Notes: generated by a model not told the origin, from the sequence alone. A stretch of DNA of 14,610 nt from Candidatus Heimdallarchaeota archaeon (GCA_030614005.1 JAUWKS010000075.1:1-14610), one strand, 5' to 3'; shown: positions 1 through 7,841, counted from the first letter of the stretch. Numbers and translations: made by a program.

Positions 1-488
1 ATTTGATTATACATTCTCTTAAAACCAAAGATCCTTGGAAGCTTTGAATAAACGCCATTTGCAATCACAAGTATCTTTCCTTTATGTATTGATGTCTCTG
101 TAGTAACTTCTACACAATCAGAACCATAATTTGCTCGTTTAACATTTTCTTGTCTAAACTCAGCACCAGCTTCAATGGCTTTCTCCCGTAAATTATTATC
201 AAAATCCTTTCGTGAGGTTAAATAAGCAATATCACTATTACTACACCTTGCTTCGAATTTCAAAGAAGGAGAGACTATGTGTAAACCAGCAATTTTGTTT
301 GAAGTGGGTAGCAAGATATCCTTTTCGGGTAGAACTTCCAGTGCTTGAAACCCTAAAGCGCCTCCACAAGCTTTGTCCCTTGGAAATTTCTGTTTATCCA
401 ATAAAAGAACATCTAAACCCTTTTTTGCAGCAGTATAAGCACTTGTTGACCCCGCAGGACCACTACCAACAATTATCAAGTCTTTCAT
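1..488 (-). CDS. Geranylgeranyl reductase family FAD-dependent oxidoreductase (DGGGPL reductase-like), N-terminal part, runs off window start
   Basis: Manual translation from ATG at 488: MKDLIIVGSGPAGSTSAYTAAKKGLDVLLLDKQKFPRDKACGG...RKDFDNNLREKAIEAGA...IANGVYS. GxGxxG dinucleotide-binding motif plus the family-typical FPRDKxCGG. Open to base 1; AGGAG upstream. Not in the ORF track because it is truncated. Confidence 0.9.
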   Translation of the reverse strand, partial: MKDLIIVGSGPAGSTSAYTAAKKGLDVLLLDKQKFPRDKACGGALGFQALEVLPEKDILLPTSNKIAGLHIVSPSLKFEARCSNSDIAYLTSRKDFDNNLREKAIEAGAEFRQENVKRANYGSDCVEVTTETSIHKGKILVIANGVYSKLPRIFGFKRMYNQ

Positions 489-791
489 TTACTTTTCTCC
501 TCTTCTTTGAATTGAAATACTTTTGTAACGATTCCTCTATCCTAAATAACGATTTCTGAAAAGAGCATTTATATTTAAGGGATAGCCAAGACAAGCATTA
601 TTTTAGTTGGGTTATTAGAGGAGAATGAGGGAGGAGAGAAAAAGAAGAATAGAAATCAAAAATTATGGATAGCAAATTTCAATATAATCCATAACTTTCG
701 AAGTGAATTCTAGGACCATTGATTTACCTCAAAATTGAAGTGCTAAGTTGTAACATAAGTGGATTTACTGAAGTAGATAATCTTCCATGTT

Positions 792-1736
792 TTACTTTTT
801 CTTTCTCCTCTTACGGATATAAAGACTGATTGAACTAACTGTAAGCAATGCTGGAATTGTAATTAGAATTTCGATACCAGCAATTCTTGCATCCCAAAAT
901 AGTTTACCCATTCTATAGCCAACAGCTTCTACATGCTGATGCAGAAAGAGATCAATAATCTTTCCATCTTCTGTTGTTCCATTATAATCCAAACATATAT
1001 GATAGCCATTTAGTACCCCTGTTGTTAAATCATATTCGTATTTCAAATCATAAAAACCAGCAATACACCAACCTTGATCCTCACCATCAGTAGGTACATA
1101 AAAATCCCTCCAATAACTCCATTCGAAAATTCCTTTTGAATCCTCCTTATCAAAAGCTGTAATAAACGTAAAACTACGTGTTTTATATAGCGGATCCGGG
1201 TCCATTGTTCCTCCTACTTCAGCAAGATATTCAAACAGTGGATCAACCACACTTAAGTCGAAAAAGTGTGTGTTAATTATCTTTGGTGTACCTTTATCAA
1301 ATAAGGATTGATCCCAAGAATTATTTAGTTCTGCCATAAGAATAGGCAAAAATAATAAATCAAGAATCGTATAGTTGTTCGAAGTATCTTTAGTCGTAAC
1401 TGTATCTTCTCCGATTGTAATAGTATACTCTATCTCATGACTAACTTCACTTGTTATGTGAACAGCATATTTAGACCCTACAGGATGATTAGTTTCACCA
1501 ATGAAAATACCGGTAGAAGACGTGCTCAAATCTCCATGTTGAACACTCCATTCTGATGTCACTACATCGTATTCATAATCCAATTCGACAATACTAGTAA
1601 AATCTGCTAATGAATTCGTTATATTCAGGAATAATAATATAGAAACTAGTAATAATACTATAATTTTGATTCTCTTCTTCAAGAAATATTCCCCCAAGAA
1701 TTTTTTTCTTACAATAACAAATTCTTCTCTATTCAT
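792..1736 (-). CDS. Secreted, C-terminally membrane-anchored surface protein (resembles the Asgard 'choice-of-anchor S' type); true start probably TTG at 1682
   Basis: Signal peptide KKRIKIIVLLLVSILLFLNITNSLA|D, C-terminal TM plus basic tail IRKRRKKK, motif YEYDLTTGVLNG shared with 1880..2776. Family name is from recollection, not from a search. Confidence 0.7.
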   Translation of the reverse strand: MNREEFVIVRKKFLGEYFLKKRIKIIVLLLVSILLFLNITNSLADFTSIVELDYEYDVVTSEWSVQHGDLSTSSTGIFIGETNHPVGSKYAVHITSEVSHEIEYTITIGEDTVTTKDTSNNYTILDLLFLPILMAELNNSWDQSLFDKGTPKIINTHFFDLSVVDPLFEYLAEVGGTMDPDPLYKTRSFTFITAFDKEDSKGIFEWSYWRDFYVPTDGEDQGWCIAGFYDLKYEYDLTTGVLNGYHICLDYNGTTEDGKIIDLFLHQHVEAVGYRMGKLFWDARIAGIEILITIPALLTVSSISLYIRKRRKKK

Positions 1737-1834
1737 TAGTTTTTTGGGGGCAAAAATTAACTAAAATTGAACTAGAGAAGCTTTTTATTTAGTTTTAAAG
1801 ATAGATAACTCCAACCTTGGAGGGGTGACTTATT

Positions 1835-2776
1835 ATAAACAATAAAATTGGGAAAATTTTATCACTAGTTCTATTAGGAATGCTAATTCAAACACAATTA
1901 TGTTCAGCAGATACATTTGGTGTCTCTGTTGGAGAAACATTTACTTATGAGTGTATAACTTCAGAACGAACATTAGTTTGGGGATCAAATTCAAGTTTGT
2001 CAGAAGGATATTCACTTGATGACCATCATTTTGCTGAAGGAACGGCAGTGTCAGTTGAAGTTACACATATTGATGACAATGTCTATTATGTTGTTTCTAA
2101 AGATGGTTTTGAAGCTTTTCATAGTTCAGATGCTTTATCACTGTCATTAGCAATACTATTCGAGGAAGGGTCTATCATCTACTCGTTTTACAGTATTATA
2201 AACCATATTGAACAATTGGGATGGAACCAAACGCTATTGGATCAAGGACCTTATTTACTATGTAGAGAATTATTTGTAGAAATTGATTCCACTTCATGGA
2301 GTGACCTTATTGATGTAGTAACTTCAAAAATTGAGCATTACTCCACAGCAATAGTAACATATGACGATTCATTTCTTGGAGAAATTGAAGTACTATATGT
2401 TAATAGTGACTCAACCTTTGCATACGAGTTTCATTATTCAGGCGTATTAAATGTAACGTATACCCCTACCAGTCCTATAAGTCCATGGACAAAATATAGT
2501 GATGATGTAGAGTACTATCAAAGTTTTGTCTATGATAAGACCACAGGTGCATTGCTTGGTATGCATTCATACGGTTCAATGACTGGAACAAGCAACGGAA
2601 CAAACTTTGAATATGCTGTAGATAGTCATATCGAAAAGGAAGGATATGATTTACCAGTAAGTATACTGAGTAATACTAAAGGATTCTCCGGGTACAGCAT
2701 TGCTATTGCTTTTGGAAGTATGACTACATTAGTCATGATTGCTGTTTATGTTAGAAGGAAAAAAGCAACCATTTAA
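1835..2776 (+). CDS. Secreted, C-terminally anchored surface protein, paralog of 792..1736; start extended upstream of ATG 1880
   Basis: Frame is open from 1829 and encodes a full signal peptide (INNKIGKILSLVLLGMLIQTQLCSA|D). C-terminal GFSGY-TM-RRKK; motifs FVYDKTTGALLG and HIEKEGYDLP. Exact start uncertain. Confidence 0.7.
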   Translation: MNNKIGKILSLVLLGMLIQTQLCSADTFGVSVGETFTYECITSERTLVWGSNSSLSEGYSLDDHHFAEGTAVSVEVTHIDDNVYYVVSKDGFEAFHSSDALSLSLAILFEEGSIIYSFYSIINHIEQLGWNQTLLDQGPYLLCRELFVEIDSTSWSDLIDVVTSKIEHYSTAIVTYDDSFLGEIEVLYVNSDSTFAYEFHYSGVLNVTYTPTSPISPWTKYSDDVEYYQSFVYDKTTGALLGMHSYGSMTGTSNGTNFEYAVDSHIEKEGYDLPVSILSNTKGFSGYSIAIAFGSMTTLVMIAVYVRRKKATI

Positions 2777-2785
2777 ACCAATAGT

Positions 2786-2814
2786 TGATTAGATAGTTAG
2801 CTAACATCTAATCA
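2786..2814 (+). terminator. Hairpin followed by a T-tract downstream of the 1835..2776 gene
   Basis: tgattagat-a-gttagctaac-atctaatca: 9-bp arms around a 10-bp palindrome, then ttttt at 2821. Confidence 0.4.
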
Positions 2815-3063
2815 GTCATCTTTTTCTAATTTGAATTACAAACAATAGTTCAAAAGTTGTATAAAAGAGAAATAGAAACTCAATTTTGTGAACTCGCTTT
2901 TGTATTGTTATCTCCGAAGAACAAAACATCTCCTATGGTTGGTTTATTGCTGTGTTCGATGATGAATGATTATTTCATCTCAAAAACGCCGCTTTCTTGC
3001 TTTACTTTCTAAAGACTAATTCAAATTAATCAAGAACAATAAATTAGTTAGTAGAAGAGTTGA

Positions 3064-3426
3064 GTGATTAAGATGAAAATTTTAATAATTATTAATGATG
3101 CCTCATATGGAACCGAGAAAGCATTCAACGCTTTGCGGTTAGCCATGTCTGTGCAGAAAGAGCATAAAGATGTTGAAGTGAATGTTTTTCAGCTAGCGGA
3201 TGCCGTTACTTGTGCAATTCCCAATCAACAAACACCAAATGGGTACTATAATTTAGAGCGAATGTTGAAATCAGTTATTCGGAAAGGTAGAGAAATCAAG
3301 GCTTGTGGTGGATGTCTCAATGCCAGAGGATTAAAAGAAGTTGGGTTGATCGAAGGCATAGAGAGTAGTACTATGAGTCAATTATCACAATGGACGTATG
3401 ATGCTGCTAAAGTCATCACGTTCTGA
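3064..3426 (+). CDS. DsrE/YchN-like sulfur-relay family protein, copy A
   Basis: ASYGTEKAFNALRLA, FxLADAV, CGGCLNARG and QWTYDAAKVITF match the YchN/DsrE (COG1553) pattern. Confidence 0.9.
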   Translation: MIKMKILIIINDASYGTEKAFNALRLAMSVQKEHKDVEVNVFQLADAVTCAIPNQQTPNGYYNLERMLKSVIRKGREIKACGGCLNARGLKEVGLIEGIESSTMSQLSQWTYDAAKVITF

Positions 3427-3473
3427 TAGATAGTTTGTGAAACTAGATAAGAAAAGGAAAGCGAATGTAATAA

Positions 3474-3501
3474 TAGTGGACAATCCCGAATGTGAACCGT
3501 G
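3474..3501 (-). repeat. tRNA-3'-end repeat R1 (degenerate)
   Basis: Minus strand CACGG-TTCACAT-TCGGG-ATTGTCC-ACTA; aligns without gaps to R2-R7. Confidence 0.7.
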
Positions 3502-3562
3502 ATTAGTTAGAGAAGCACAAAATAAAATTCACTTAAAATTAGAGAAAGGAATATATACCAAA

Positions 3563-3594
3563 ACAGACATAGTATACACGAGAACCATGTCTGT
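3563..3594 (+). promoter_or_regulatory. Putative TA operator (8-bp inverted repeat) between TATA-like box and start codon
   Basis: acagacat (3563-3570), 16 nt, atgtctgt (3587-3594); atatata at 3551-3557. Confidence 0.45.
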
Positions 3595-3892
3595 ACTATC
3601 AGTGAGAATAGATAAAGAGCTGGAAGAGAAACTAAAGCTTCTAATGGAAAAACAGAAAATAATTGACAAGTCATCTTTTATTCGAAGATTACTCGATGAA
3701 TCAGTACAAGAAAAACTAATTGACATTTTGTGTAAAGAAGTTAAAAGAAAAAACATAAGTGCGTGGAAAGCCGCAGAACTCGCCCAGATGTCTTTAAGAG
3801 GGATTATGCATGAACTTGCTAAGCGAGATGTAAAAACATATGACGAAGTATCGTTAGAACAAGATTTAGCTTTTGTTGATAGAGAAGGATAA
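3587..3892 (+). CDS. UPF0175-family antitoxin with N-terminal ribbon-helix-helix
   Basis: LSVRIDKELEEKL...RRLL (RHH) followed by ISAWKAAELAQMSLRGIMHELAKRDV and LEQDL; coupled to a DUF3368 gene. Confidence 0.85.
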   Translation: MSVLSVRIDKELEEKLKLLMEKQKIIDKSSFIRRLLDESVQEKLIDILCKEVKRKNISAWKAAELAQMSLRGIMHELAKRDVKTYDEVSLEQDLAFVDREG

Positions 3893-3896
3893 AACA

Positions 3897-4409
3897 ATGA
3901 TAGGGATAACAAACGCTTCACCGTTAATCTATTTGGGAAAATTAGGCATAATAGAACTCCTCCCAAAATTATTCTCAAGAGTAATCACAACTACAACAGT
4001 AAAAGAAGAAGTTTTACAGGTAAAAGCTGCACCTGAATATCCTATACTTACAGAAGTTTTCGAGTCATGGTTAGAAGTAGTGAAAGTCGAAGAAGAGCTT
4101 GTGCAAAAAATAGCTGCTCTACAAATACATAGAGCAGAAGCTGAAGTAATAGCCTTAGGGAGAGAGCTGCTAGCAAAAGAAGAAGAAATAATAGTAATAA
4201 TAGATGATCTTCTAGCAAGAGAAATAGCTGTTAGTCTAGGATTGACTGTAACAGGAACAATTGGCATTATACTAGAAGCATTAAAAGAGAAAATTGTCTC
4301 AAAAAAAGCAGCGAAAATGTTAGTAGAACAATTAATAACAACGACAAATTTTAGATTGTCAGCAAAAGTTTATGCAAAAACATTGAAAGAAATAGAAACA
4401 AGAGGATAA
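3897..4409 (+). CDS. DUF3368 PIN-domain (VapC-like) toxin
   Basis: ITNASPLIYLGK, IHRAEAEVIALG, IIDDLLAR and TGTIGII are DUF3368 signatures. ATG 3897 lies 4 nt after the antitoxin stop. Confidence 0.85.
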   Translation: MIGITNASPLIYLGKLGIIELLPKLFSRVITTTTVKEEVLQVKAAPEYPILTEVFESWLEVVKVEEELVQKIAALQIHRAEAEVIALGRELLAKEEEIIVIIDDLLAREIAVSLGLTVTGTIGIILEALKEKIVSKKAAKMLVEQLITTTNFRLSAKVYAKTLKEIETRG

Positions 4410-4503
4410 AAATTATCAGTTAAGACTTTTAGAGATAAGATGGTTTGATTGAATTTCTTATTTTCATTTTGATTATAGTAATCATCAATTGATCAGTCCG
4501 AAA

Positions 4504-4704
4504 CTAAACCAGTTTTTCTGTGGGAATGGGATCATTAGATAACTTTCTTAATTTTTCTTGGAAAGCTTCAACCTCGGATTGAAAATCACTTAAGAATGTA
4601 GCTCTTAGTAAAACTAACCTCCCAGATTCTATTTAAAGAAATAATCTGGATCCTGGTTTGATGTTGAGTTTCTCACGTATTTCTTTAGGAATTAAAATTC
4701 CACC
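4504..4704 (-). pseudogene. AbrB/MazE-family antitoxin pseudogene (paralog of 8513..8743)
   Basis: GILIPKEIREKLNIKPGSRLFL*IESGRLVLLRATFLSDFQSEVEAFQEKLRKLSNDPIPTEKLV*. In-frame TAA at 4633-4635; 42-nt deletion removes the start codon. Confidence 0.9.
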
Positions 4705-4820
4705 GAGAGTACATAGTGGGAACGATGTTATGAATTTAATGTTTGGTTGACAAAGTGAAAATTTTAGAAGTAAAGCAAGAAAAAATGATTCAACGAATAA
4801 AATGAAAGAGTAAGAGAAAA

Positions 4821-4853
4821 TGATGGGCAATCCCAGATGTGAACCAGGGACTT
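4821..4853 (-). repeat. tRNA-3'-end repeat R2
   Basis: Minus strand AAGTC-CCTGG-TTCACAT-CTGGG-ATTGCCC-ATCA. Confidence 0.9.
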
Positions 4854-4907
4854 TTGAAAAAAGGATAAACTCTAAGAGGGAAAGATAGCCATCTGTATAA
4901 AACTCCC

Positions 4908-5201
4908 TTAAAGTGAATAGATTTCTTTATCTTCCTCTCGAGGGAATTGAGCATCCTTGTCATAATGAGTGTCCTTGTATTGCTCAAAATCAGCGATAAT
5001 TTCCTGAGCTAATTTCTCTGTTAGGCGAGGAACTGAAGAAGCAATAGTAAGAAAATCTTCAAAGTTACTAGTAGAGTATTGTATACAGAGGTCAATTGTC
5101 TCTTGTAAAGTAATTTTGCGACCTAACTGCAGGATCAATCTTGCATGAAGATCATCTAGAGCCTTCTTATCAGTGATCTTAATAACAGCCATAAGCATCA
5201 A
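4908..5201 (-). CDS. Orphan VapB-like antitoxin candidate (probable start ATG 5192)
   Basis: Small protein with helical N-terminus and acidic C-terminus in a TA array, followed by an SD and a 6-codon stub MAIFPS*. Function inferred from context. Confidence 0.55.
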   Translation of the reverse strand: MMLMAVIKITDKKALDDLHARLILQLGRKITLQETIDLCIQYSTSNFEDFLTIASSVPRLTEKLAQEIIADFEQYKDTHYDKDAQFPREEDKEIYSL

Positions 5202-5299
5202 TAATATACTATGCTACCTCGGCATAAAAGTCTACTGAAAAGTAAAGGACAAATGAAAATCGATGGAATAAAACTAATGAATGCGAGGAGAAGAAGAAG

Positions 5300-5329
5300 A
5301 ACGCTAGTGTCAAGATAGAGGTATTTCAG
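5300..5329 (-). pseudogene. Truncated VapC N-terminal stub
   Basis: (C)TG AAA TAC CTC TAT CTT GAC ACT AGC GTT = xKYLYLDTSV, overlapping the antitoxin stop TGA; the PIN-like sequence ends there. Confidence 0.65.
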
Positions 5330-5607
5330 CGCTTACGATCTTCTGCAACAAGTTTAACTATTGAAGAATCAAACAGTTTTTTCCCAACAGCTTCTAATTG
5401 TTTTTCGGTTAAACTTGGAGGAGTTCCCAATAGCTCAAGACTCGGAGAAGTTAATCGCTTTTCAGTGAAATCTTTAAGCTCCTTTGAAAGAAGAGCACGT
5501 ATAGTCTCACTTAGGTTGGCATAATACCCGAGGGCAATTAATTGAACTAATAGCTCTAAGTCTTCTTTTGCTATTCGAAAATTAACTACTTCATCAACCA
5601 TAAGCAA
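5326..5607 (-). CDS. Ribbon-helix-helix (CopG/VapB-like) antitoxin, toxin partner truncated
   Basis: VVNFRIAKEDLELLVQLIALGYYANLSETIRALL (RHH); C-terminal IVKLVAEDRKR resembles archaeal VapB tails. Confidence 0.75.
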   Translation of the reverse strand: MLMVDEVVNFRIAKEDLELLVQLIALGYYANLSETIRALLSKELKDFTEKRLTSPSLELLGTPPSLTEKQLEAVGKKLFDSSIVKLVAEDRKR

Positions 5608-5623
5608 AAAACATCCTATATGC

Positions 5624-5652
5624 AGATATAGATACAGATTTGTACTATATCT
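5624..5652 (-). promoter_or_regulatory. Putative operator palindrome upstream of the RHH gene
   Basis: agatatag-a-taca-gatt-tgta-ctatatct. Confidence 0.45.
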
Positions 5653-5684
5653 TTCCAGAAAGAAAAAAATGGTGAGGAAAGTAA

Positions 5685-5718
5685 TAGTGGTAAATCCAGG
5701 ATTCGAACCAGAGACTTC
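5685..5718 (-). repeat. tRNA-3'-end repeat R3
   Basis: Minus strand GAAGTC-TCTGG-TTCGAAT-CCTGG-ATTTACC-ACTA. Confidence 0.85.
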
Positions 5719-5811
5719 TAATAAAAGATAAGAAGAGTATTTAAAATTAAAAATTACTAATAGAATAGAAGGTTACAACAGGAAAAAAAAGTAGATTTAT
5801 CTGGTGAAGTA

Positions 5812-5892
5812 ATGTCAATAGGAAAAGTAGGCTCTAAAGGTGAATTCAAATTAAGAAAGAACAATAAATTGGTTAATAGAAGAGCTGGGTGA
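5812..5892 (+). pseudogene. 5' stub of AbrB-family antitoxin fused to the DsrE leader (26-codon ORF)
   Basis: MSIGKVGSKGEF matches MSIGKVGSKGEL of 13090..13323, and the leader agatttatctggtgaa is shared. The sequence then switches to the DsrE upstream region; TGA overlaps the DsrE GTG. Confidence 0.8.
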
Positions 5893-6251
5893 TTAAGATG
5901 AAAGTGTTAATAATTATTAATGATGCCTCATACGGAACCGAGAAAGCATTCAACGCTATGCGTTTAGCCATGACTTTACAAAAAGAACACAAAGATGTTG
6001 AAGCAAATGTTTTTCTGCTTGCTGATGCCGTTACTTGTGCAATTCCCAATCAGCAAACACCTGATGGGTACTATAATTTAGAGCGAATGTTAAAATCGGT
6101 TATTCGGAAAGGTGGAGAAATCAAGGCTTGTGGTGGATGTCTCAATGCCAGAGGATTAAAAGAAGTTGGGTTGATCGAAGGCATAGAGAGTAGTACTATG
6201 AGTCAATTAGCACAATGGACGTATGATGCTGCTAAAGTCATCACGTTCTGA
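5889..6251 (+). CDS. DsrE/YchN-like sulfur-relay family protein, copy B
   Basis: 111/120 aa identical to copy A by manual count. Confidence 0.9.
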   Translation: MIKMKVLIIINDASYGTEKAFNAMRLAMTLQKEHKDVEANVFLLADAVTCAIPNQQTPDGYYNLERMLKSVIRKGGEIKACGGCLNARGLKEVGLIEGIESSTMSQLAQWTYDAAKVITF

Positions 6252-6292
6252 TGAATAAATCCTACATGGTTATTATTAGGTTTAATTAATAA

Positions 6293-7039
6293 GTGACTAG
6301 TGTTTTACTAACAAGAGAAACATTGTTAAAAACTAGAATGCAAGAGCAATTTGTACGTAAACCATTACAAGTAAGAAAGGATGTTAAAAAACATCGGAAG
6401 GAAATGCTCATTCTATTTCTGGCAGCTTTTATCTATTCTATCGTCTATGGCATCTTTGAATATACTGTAATGTATACAAATCCGGGCTATGTTAGAAATG
6501 GCATCATTTCCCCTTACGTAAATTGGACAATTATGTACGTAAGTTTAGTTATACTAATGACAATTGTTACTCGAGGGAAAATCGAGTTAATAATTTTGGG
6601 AGTGTTTTTCTTCCTAGTGTTTGAAGATTTGGTGTATCACATATGCTATGGAATAGATATACAAGCCTATCCATTTCCAGTATATGATTGGTGGGATGAA
6701 TATCTGGCGAGCTTTCGCGTGCTGGGTCGGTTGGGGCAAGCGGTGCCATTTTGGCCATATGCACCACTCTATTATCTGCCAGGTTTCTTGATTCTACTAC
6801 TACAATTTAGTATAGGCATAATAAATGTTAAAGGATTCAGAATAGTAAACTGGATAATCGAACCATTCATAGTAGCAATCATTGTCGGGTTGCTTTGGAA
6901 TAATGACGTTTTTGCTTTAATTTCCTTAATAGTCATTCCAATAATCGCTTATAGCTATATCATTACCTTGATAGTGCTCTATAAAAAAGGACTGATAGAA
7001 ATATCAGAAAACTCTGCAGAAGAAATTAAAGAAGAATAG
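6293..7039 (+). CDS. Uncharacterised multi-pass membrane protein
   Basis: About 6-7 hydrophobic segments; start codon uncertain; stop lies 13 nt before R4. Confidence 0.7.
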   Translation: MTSVLLTRETLLKTRMQEQFVRKPLQVRKDVKKHRKEMLILFLAAFIYSIVYGIFEYTVMYTNPGYVRNGIISPYVNWTIMYVSLVILMTIVTRGKIELIILGVFFFLVFEDLVYHICYGIDIQAYPFPVYDWWDEYLASFRVLGRLGQAVPFWPYAPLYYLPGFLILLLQFSIGIINVKGFRIVNWIIEPFIVAIIVGLLWNNDVFALISLIVIPIIAYSYIITLIVLYKKGLIEISENSAEEIKEE

Positions 7040-7052
7040 AAGGGAGATAAAA

Positions 7053-7080
7053 TGGTGGGCGATCCCAGATTTGAACTGGG
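7053..7080 (-). repeat. tRNA-3'-end repeat R4
   Basis: Minus strand CCCAG-TTCAAAT-CTGGG-ATCGCCC-ACCA: perfect T-stem, canonical T-loop, CCA. Confidence 0.95.
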
Positions 7081-7100
7081 AATGCTTTTTTCAATATTGA

Positions 7101-7580
7101 TTAAATTGATAACAATTTACCAATACTTGTTTTGAAATTTTGAGAAGAGGGATTAAAAACAGGGATGGATTTGAGATTGGCTTTAAAATCAGAATCAAAA
7201 GTAATGAAAGCACTAGCTTTGTATTTTAGAGCAGTAGTGGCATGTAAGGCATCAGCAGCATATAGATTGGATGCAAAGATATGTTCTCGAGAAGTAATAA
7301 TAAGAGCATGAGAAACGGGAACAAGTAAAAGAATCTTCTTCTTAACCATCTCTCCAACATCACTCAGAAAAAAGTCAATAGCTATTTCAGCATTCTTTTT
7401 TGAGATAGTCCCTAAATTTACTTGTTTCTTGAAGGCTCGAAACATCTCAATAAGACACCATTCACTAGTAATAGCAGGAAAGTCAGGATGAACTTGAGAA
7501 AATAACCAATCAACTATCGAAGCATCTTCAATAGGACAATAAGCATGATAGAAGACATTGGTGTCAAGATAAAGAGCCAT
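7101..7580 (-). CDS. vapC: VapC PIN-domain toxin
   Basis: YLDTNVF, TSEWCLIE, YAADALH and FITFD: the conserved acidic PIN residues are present. Confidence 0.9.
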   Translation of the reverse strand: MALYLDTNVFYHAYCPIEDASIVDWLFSQVHPDFPAITSEWCLIEMFRAFKKQVNLGTISKKNAEIAIDFFLSDVGEMVKKKILLLVPVSHALIITSREHIFASNLYAADALHATTALKYKASAFITFDSDFKANLKSIPVFNPSSQNFKTSIGKLLSI

Positions 7581-7816
7581 TATTCCTCTTGCCTCACAGA
7601 ACGAATCGCTTCAACACCAGATTGAAAAGGTTTCTGTTGCTGTTTCCTAAGATACTCACGTAATTCAGCTCGAGAAGAAATACCAAGCTTTTCTTGAACA
7701 TAAGAGAAAATTCCACCACGAACTGCTTCACTACGAGACTTTATCACGCCACGTTCAATAAGCTGATCTAACCATTCAAGAAGTTCTTCGTCTAATGAAA
7801 CGGATATTGTAGTCAA
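7580..7816 (-). CDS. vapB: CopG/RHH-family antitoxin (VapB-like)
   Basis: ISVSLDEELLEWLDQL...SRSEAVR; C-terminal GVEAIRSVRQEE; stop overlaps the vapC start. Confidence 0.85.
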   Translation of the reverse strand: MTTISVSLDEELLEWLDQLIERGVIKSRSEAVRGGIFSYVQEKLGISSRAELREYLRKQQQKPFQSGVEAIRSVRQEE

Positions 7817-7841
7817 AATACCAACTCAACTAATCACTAAA

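Noticed and set aside
212-559. ORF-track 115-aa plus-strand ORF
   Set aside because: Antisense shadow of the truncated geranylgeranyl reductase gene.
620-694. Purine tract plus 8-bp inverted repeat (663-670/687-694) as a very old repeat copy
   Set aside because: Similarity to the consensus is too weak; more simply the terminator region of 792..1736.
2880-3010. Possible pseudogene remnant in the intergenic gap
   Set aside because: Only short stop-interrupted frames with no recognisable protein motif.
4633-4830. 65-aa ORF as a real gene
   Set aside because: It is read-through from non-coding sequence into the abrB pseudogene fragment and begins inside R2.
5251-5290. Highly eroded tRNA repeat
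   Set aside because: Only the aatgaaaat lead-in resembles other sites; the T-arm cannot be aligned without gaps.
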